A stretch of 28,285 nucleotides of DNA from a virus (Duplodnaviria > Caudoviricetes). Positions 24,100 through 28,285 of this stretch are shown here, one piece after another. Under the pieces are notes generated by a model, which saw only the letters and a program-made list of their open reading frames with translations, was not told where the DNA came from and ran no database searches. Location of the stretch: positions 1-28,285 of the IMG/VR virus record IMGVR_UViG_3300032560_000094; one strand, written 5' to 3'. Each line of letters opens with the position of its first letter. Positions within the stretch are counted from its first letter, which is position 1. The position numbers were made by a program, and so were the translations under genes.

Positions 24100-24289
24100 G
24101 CCCCCCGGCAGTAACTCATAAGGAACGCGGACAGTTTTACCGCGCCGAGCGGAACTCGGCATTCTAAGATGGAGGCACCATTATGTTACGCGCTACTCTA
24201 ACTGGACAAGGCACCCCCGGAGGCTTCAACAGCCTCCGGGGGTGCAGTAGCGCGCCATAATACCGGGGCGGGGAGGCTTCGGCCTCCCC
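24100..24289 (+). ncRNA. Candidate large structured RNA (multi-stem, containing a 25-codon ORF)
   Basis: Nested stems incl. perfect 15-bp, 9-bp and 6-bp helices, closing CCCCGG/CCGGGG, and an 8-bp C(UUCG)G hairpin. Confidence 0.6.
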
Positions 24290-24312
24290 AGCTTCGATGC
24301 CCGAGAAAAAAT

Positions 24313-25200
24313 ATGAAATACGCCAGCTTACAATCTCTTGAAGGTCACGAAGCTCTGGCCCGTGCGTTAGAGACGCCAGCGGTGCAACGCATCGCGTCGG
24401 GCGTTCTAACGGCTGACGATTTGTTGGGGATGGATCAAAAAGCGATTGATGCCGGATTTCGGTTGATTCGATGGTATGACAGCGGCGGCATCCCGAAGTG
24501 CCCGAACTGTTACAGCAACGAGAGTTACAAGCTCAAGAAGCTTGAGCGGTGGCGCTGTGCCCAATGCCGGCACGACTATAGCGTTACGAGCAGCACCGTT
24601 TTTTCCGGCGCAAAAATGCCGCTAAGAAATTATCTATTTGCATTGTCGCTCGTTCTTGAGCCGTCGCAATTCAAGTCAATCCATGAATTTTGCTCCGAAT
24701 TGAAGCTTGGTTACAAAAGCACCTTCACGAATATCCAGCGGCTTCGCATCGCCAAAACCGAAGGCAAGGATGGCTGCACAACGCCTTATGCAATTCTACA
24801 GCGCCTTACTTGGCTGCAATTAAAAGAACGTCAAAAGCCAGAACGGCTGCTTTACGGACGTTCCGGTGATTTGCGCTACCCCTACCTAAAATCAGAATCC
24901 AAAATGGAGGGAGCCGACCTCGTCCAGTTTGCCAATTCTATTGTGCCGCGTTGGCCACACGAAGATCAGCGCGCCGATATGTGTCAGGATGTCATTTTGG
25001 CAATTTTGGAAGGCACGGCAACACGCGAGTCGATCGGGACGGACGTAAAGAAATTCATCACAAAAGTCATGCAGGCATCGCCGTGGAAATATAAATGGAT
25101 TTCCTTCGATGCGCCTCTCGGGGAAGACGGCGAAGGTACGCTTCATGACTTAATCTCAAACGAAGATGCCGCCGAACGTTACATTCGAGTACACACATGA
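24313..25200 (+). CDS. Chimeric protein: IS1595-transposase-type zinc ribbon + HTH fused to sigma-factor-like C-terminal domain
   Basis: RW....P.CPNC...WRCAQCRHDYSVTSSTVFSGAKMPL...L.LGYKS.F...RLR; no DDE domain; RADMCQDVILAILEG...ISFDAPLGEDGEGTLHDLIS. Confidence 0.7.
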   Translation: MKYASLQSLEGHEALARALETPAVQRIASGVLTADDLLGMDQKAIDAGFRLIRWYDSGGIPKCPNCYSNESYKLKKLERWRCAQCRHDYSVTSSTVFSGAKMPLRNYLFALSLVLEPSQFKSIHEFCSELKLGYKSTFTNIQRLRIAKTEGKDGCTTPYAILQRLTWLQLKERQKPERLLYGRSGDLRYPYLKSESKMEGADLVQFANSIVPRWPHEDQRADMCQDVILAILEGTATRESIGTDVKKFITKVMQASPWKYKWISFDAPLGEDGEGTLHDLISNEDAAERYIRVHT

Positions 25201-25327
25201 ATCTCTCCGCGCTCATTCACGATAAGTGCGGAAACATAATACCTCGGAACCGGCTCTGAGAACGCATCCGGCCCTGGTCAGTAATCGACAGTGATGCCCG
25301 TTCGCGAATTGAGCATCGCTTTTTCTA

Positions 25328-25366
25328 TTAGGCCATATTGACATGGCGGCCGATATGGCCTAAGTT
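25328..25366 (+). promoter_or_regulatory. Sigma70-type promoter with overlapping operator
   Basis: TTGACA-N17-TAAGTT bracketed by perfect 11-bp IR TTAGGCCATAT/ATATGGCCTAA. Confidence 0.75.
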
Positions 25367-25392
25367 AGACTTTGCAAGGGCAATGATGCCCG

Positions 25393-25416
25393 GTGGAGAA
25401 CGAAGTGGAGAACGAA
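25393..25416 (+). repeat. 12-bp tandem duplication of the RBS
   Basis: GTGGAGAACGAA x2 just before ATG 25418. Confidence 0.8.
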
Positions 25417-25417
25417 G

Positions 25418-25696
25418 ATGACAACTGAAAATCTTGTTTTCAGCAATTACGTTACCAGCGCGACTTTCTGTCTCAAGCTCGGCAAGAAGGAAATCGATGC
25501 GCTGGGCTATCTTCTGAGCGGCGCAAAGGTGCGTGACGGCACCGACGCGGCGATTTGGAGCCTTTCATCCAAGGGCCTGATCGTTGCCGATGCCCAGCGC
25601 GTCATTACGCTTACCGAAGCCGGTCAGCACGCGGTGAGCATGTTACAAATTGCGGGCTTGATTGCCTCGGATATCGAAAGCCAGATAGCCGCATGA
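25418..25696 (+). CDS. Winged-helix-like hypothetical protein (92 aa)
   Basis: SL.SKGLI......TLTEAG; GGAG RBS. Confidence 0.7.
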   Translation: MTTENLVFSNYVTSATFCLKLGKKEIDALGYLLSGAKVRDGTDAAIWSLSSKGLIVADAQRVITLTEAGQHAVSMLQIAGLIASDIESQIAA

Positions 25697-25887
25697 CCGC
25701 AACTCAGTACCGCGCCGCTCTCCGTCGATTGGGTCTTACGCAAGTAGGAGCCGCCAAGTTGCTTGGAATTGGTGAGAGAACGGCGCGGCGCTGGGCGCAA
25801 GAAGGTGTTGAAGGAACCGCCGTCATCCTTCTCCGGTTGGCTGTTGCTGGTAAAATTACAGTCAAAGATATTGAAGCCGCGCGATGA
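25693..25887 (+). CDS. XRE-type HTH regulator (64 aa)
   Basis: MTATQYRAALRRLGLTQVGAAKLLGIGERTARRWA; ATGA overlap. Confidence 0.85.
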   Translation: MTATQYRAALRRLGLTQVGAAKLLGIGERTARRWAQEGVEGTAVILLRLAVAGKITVKDIEAAR

Positions 25888-25921
25888 ATCTTTCAACCCT
25901 CATTCACGAGGAACACGACCA

Positions 25922-26052
25922 ATGACCGGATGGCAGCCCATTGAAACAGCGCCGAAGGATGGCACGCACATCTTGGCGTTCTGAATCTGTACGAGCATCC
26001 GGACGAGCCGGACTTCCTGGCGCGGTTTGCCGGAGAACGTGCGGGAGATTGA
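25922..26052 (+). pseudogene. Truncated or frameshifted 'WQPIETAPKDG' (DUF551-like) gene remnant
   Basis: MTGWQPIETAPKDGTHILAF then TGA; GAGGA RBS; protein-like text continues briefly in another frame. Confidence 0.55.
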
Positions 26053-26087
26053 GCAACGGCTGCGCTTGCAGCATAGGGGATGCTGAT

Positions 26088-26396
26088 ATGAGCTTGACAC
26101 CCGCTGAGCGGCGACTTCGCCGACTAAAGCATCCGATGCAGCCGATCTATATGGACGATCTGGGGACGTATCGCTTTAAGCCGGACAAGATTATCAAATA
26201 CTTGCAAGAGCGCGGCGTCATCGACCTTAACGCCATTGCGCTGATGTTTAGAAACGATCCCGAGGATCAGACACAACTCGCGCAGCTTATCGGATATTCG
26301 GTAGCTGGCGCTGGCGACTTGAACTACTTCGATGACAAGGTGTGGGAGCGCGCTGACAAAGTTGCCGACCGATTAGCGACCAAGCGCCCGCGATAA
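26088..26396 (+). CDS. Phage hypothetical protein (102 aa)
   Basis: HPMQPI..D..G..RFK...I..YL.....IDLN.IA......ED..QLAQLIGYSV.G; AGGGG RBS. Confidence 0.75.
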   Translation: MSLTPAERRLRRLKHPMQPIYMDDLGTYRFKPDKIIKYLQERGVIDLNAIALMFRNDPEDQTQLAQLIGYSVAGAGDLNYFDDKVWERADKVADRLATKRPR

Positions 26397-26431
26397 TAGG
26401 GAATCGGAACGGAGAATAGAAAACTATTGGC

Positions 26432-26549
26432 CCGCTGTACCGAGTGGAGACTCTTTAAGCGGTAAAGGACTGCTCACCCGTCGCCGATAGGTCCTTGGAT
26501 GATGACATGCACTTGCTGCCGCCCGGTGACGGGTCGATTATCCAAGGAC
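26432..26549 (+). ncRNA. Candidate RNA switch/pseudoknot with interleaved long helices
   Basis: 11-bp helix 26476-26486/26524-26534 and 13-bp helix 26491-26503/26537-26549, each with one G-U on the + strand. Confidence 0.5.
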
Positions 26550-26581
26550 ACCATTACGCACCTTTGATGAAGGGATGACGA

Positions 26582-26800
26582 ATGCTGACAGCACCGAGAT
26601 TAAGCAACCCCGAATTAGAGCGGCTGCTTATTGAGGCTCAGAAGCGTTACGACGCCATGACGCCAGAGCAGAAAAAGGAAATGCGAGAAGCGCAGCGCAA
26701 GTCGTGGGTTGTTGGCGAAACGATGCTGGAGTATCCAGAAATGACCCGCGAGCAGGCCGAGGAAATTTATGAGAAGGCTGTCCTTGGGATCGGACTTTAA
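26582..26800 (+). CDS. Hypothetical protein (72 aa)
   Basis: AAGGGA RBS; MTPEQ..E..EAQRKSWVVGE. Confidence 0.7.
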   Translation: MLTAPRLSNPELERLLIEAQKRYDAMTPEQKKEMREAQRKSWVVGETMLEYPEMTREQAEEIYEKAVLGIGL

Positions 26801-26830
26801 TCACATAGCCGGGAGAACGGAGAGAAACCA

Positions 26831-27091
26831 ATGGACGACATGAAAAACATAGTTGAGCGAGCATTTGAGGAAGCGATCCGTGCGATGGTCAATGAGGTCA
26901 TCGCAGATAAGGTCGGTCATGGCGTCGATAACGATATTCAACAGCTCATCAAAGAGCGGGCGCGTGCCCTCCTAGCTGAGAATAAGGAACTCGACGAATT
27001 GCTCATGAACGCCATCTGTAGCTGGATCAACATTCAAACAGCAGACGATATGCGGCGCAAGCATGAAGAACATCGCCGCCGCGTCGGTTAA
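26831..27091 (+). CDS. Hypothetical helical protein (86 aa)
   Basis: GGAG RBS. Confidence 0.65.
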   Translation: MDDMKNIVERAFEEAIRAMVNEVIADKVGHGVDNDIQQLIKERARALLAENKELDELLMNAICSWINIQTADDMRRKHEEHRRRVG

Positions 27092-27116
27092 CGCGCTTAT
27101 GCGCCGAGAGGGGGGA

Positions 27117-27290
27117 ATGAAGAAGCGATACAAAGCCTTGAGGCCCCGCAAAACAGTGCGCTCATCTAAGGCGCTGTTCGTTTGGCTCGACAACCCGGAC
27201 TTCATTCCCGGCAAGCGGCGGCTGAGTATGGGCGGCCGATCCAAGAAACGCTCACTTTCGCGGCGTAAGGGCGGAAAGACGGGGCCATAA
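27117..27290 (+). CDS. Highly basic small protein (57 aa)
   Basis: Start MKKRYKALR after GAGGGGGG RBS. Confidence 0.55.
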   Translation: MKKRYKALRPRKTVRSSKALFVWLDNPDFIPGKRRLSMGGRSKKRSLSRRKGGKTGP

Positions 27291-27306
27291 CCAACAGGAG
27301 AATGAT

Positions 27307-27504
27307 ATGCCGTCAAATCAAGTCATGGGCAAATGGAAAAAGGGCCAACTCCGTTCCGGCTCAAAGAGTGGCCCCAAGGTCAAGAATCAAAAGCAGGCGG
27401 TCGCTATCATGTTGTCGGAAAAGCGCAAAGAGGGTAAACATGGGGGAAAATACCCCGATAAGAAAAAAGCCCGCAACAAACGCTTGGAAGGCAAACCGTT
27501 ATGA
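27307..27504 (+). CDS. DUF6496-like basic protein
   Basis: VM..WKKGQLRSGSKSGPKVKNQKQAVAI.LSE.R; AGGAG RBS. Confidence 0.8.
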   Translation: MPSNQVMGKWKKGQLRSGSKSGPKVKNQKQAVAIMLSEKRKEGKHGGKYPDKKKARNKRLEGKPL

Positions 27505-27650
27505 CCGCCATTCTATGCAAGCTATTCACCGCATTTTGCATCTACGTTGTGATGCAGCCACACGCCAAGATGTATGTCCACGATCCGGCGCAATGTCTCT
27601 ATGGATCGGCAATCTATGACTCCTATTATGTCTGCAAGGACAAGCCCTAA
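27501..27650 (+). CDS. Small hypothetical protein (49 aa)
   Basis: MTAILCKLFTAFCIYVVMQPHAKMYVHDPAQCLYGSAIYDSYYVCKDKP; ATGA and TAATG coupling. Confidence 0.55.
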   Translation: MTAILCKLFTAFCIYVVMQPHAKMYVHDPAQCLYGSAIYDSYYVCKDKP

Positions 27651-27919
27651 TGGACGACGAAGCTGAACGGGCGGCAGTTGGCAGAATCGGAGTAGCCCGG
27701 CCGAAGGGGGCGAAGCCTATTGTTGTTGACGACTTGACTCCTTCACTGGAAAAACAAATTCAAAAATTTGAAAACGGACAGGCCCTCAAACCCGGTCGCC
27801 CTCCCAAATCACCTGAGGCTAGTGCATTTTCGATCTTCTCATCGTGCCTCAAACAGATCAAAACCCTGGACAAGACAACACAGCGCGAAGTGCTGTCGCT
27901 GCTCAATGAGCTTCTATGA
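27650..27919 (+). CDS. Hypothetical protein (89 aa)
   Basis: ORF track; AAGGA RBS; KPGRPPK. Confidence 0.65.
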   Translation: MDDEAERAAVGRIGVARPKGAKPIVVDDLTPSLEKQIQKFENGQALKPGRPPKSPEASAFSIFSSCLKQIKTLDKTTQREVLSLLNELL

Positions 27920-27993
27920 AACACACCGACGATATGATCCAGAACCTTTCCAAGGGCGATTATGCACTACTTGACTACTTTTGGGTGCCCTTG

Positions 27994-28285
27994 CTACTGC
28001 TTTGTTTTGCAGTCACTTGCGGGTTCGTTGTGTTCGGGACACATCACGAACTGATGGATCGGCGACATGTCAGGCTCGTACCGATAACAATAAAGGACGG
28101 TCGCGGTACACTGAAAGGCGTCGATGTAAGTAAGGTCCCCATAAACATAGAGCGTGATCTGTTTGTCTCTAGCACGTTTTATCAACGGAATTTGTTGAGC
28201 TCCCATAGGAAATCCGAAATCGCCCTTGTCGTGTGGATCGAGAGGGAATGGAGCGATCTTTCCTCCCGGGATCCTTTCGTTGGCC
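27994..28285 (-). CDS. C-terminal part of a convergent hypothetical protein (starts beyond the window)
   Basis: Frame is open upstream of 28206 to the edge; LYVYG.L.Y.D.F......YCY.Y.P.....F..C..HN pattern. Confidence 0.55.
   Translation of the reverse strand, partial: ANERIPGGKIAPFPLDPHDKGDFGFPMGAQQIPLIKRARDKQITLYVYGDLTYIDAFQCTATVLYCYRYEPDMSPIHQFVMCPEHNEPASDCKTKQ

Larger units (their letters stand above)
25197..25909 (+). repeat. 26-bp imperfect direct repeat flanking a promoter-gene-HTH cassette
   Basis: ATGAATCTCTCCGCGCTCATTCACGA (25197-25222) vs ATGAATCTTTCAACCCTCATTCACGA (25884-25909), 22/26 identical. Confidence 0.6.

Noticed and set aside
24270-24289. Rho-independent terminator
   Set aside because: Strong hairpin but no adjacent U-tract on either strand
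24100-24289. Bona fide retron, tRNA or group II intron remnant
   Set aside because: No reverse transcriptase in the window, no cloverleaf or T-loop, no domain V motif
24313-25200. Active IS1595 insertion sequence
   Set aside because: No DDE domain, and no terminal inverted repeats or target duplication seen around the ORF
25922-26087. Programmed TGA readthrough or recoded genetic code
   Set aside because: TGA is a normal stop throughout the window, and the readthrough text does not resemble the family
26432-26549. HDV-like or hammerhead ribozyme
   Set aside because: No room for P4/J4-2 and no CUGAUGA/GAAA core
27916-28285. Open + strand frame MKHTDDMIQN... to the window end
   Set aside because: Antisense to a more protein-like minus-strand ORF; not excluded but unsupported

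Overview
About 28 kb of a tailed dsDNA phage or prophage of an alphaproteobacterium (it encodes a GcrA homologue). The left ~17 kb is one minus-strand late operon. In transcription order it holds: a leaderless small regulator, an SDR/glycosyltransferase-like/methyltransferase cassette, KTSC, terminase large subunit, three signal-peptide-bearing proteins (one a GH74-like beta-propeller), portal, a lysis cassette (GH108 endolysin, alpha/beta-hydrolase-like protein, membrane proteins), scaffold, N4-gp56-type major capsid protein and further virion proteins. The right ~11 kb is an early/accessory region: RHH and Cro-like regulators, GcrA, ProQ/FinO, YdaU/DUF1376, SSB-like, DUF968, DUF6496 and many small ORFs. 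It also holds several highly structured non-coding segments. The leading candidates for undescribed biology are three. (i) A ~190-nt multi-stem RNA sits directly upstream of a chimeric IS1595-zinc-ribbon/sigma-like protein. (ii) A trio of apparently Sec-exported proteins is embedded between terminase and portal, next to a sugar-modifying cassette. (iii) Further candidate RNA switches lie upstream of the scaffold gene, proQ and an early gene. All family assignments come from motif recognition by eye; no searches or folding programs were run.
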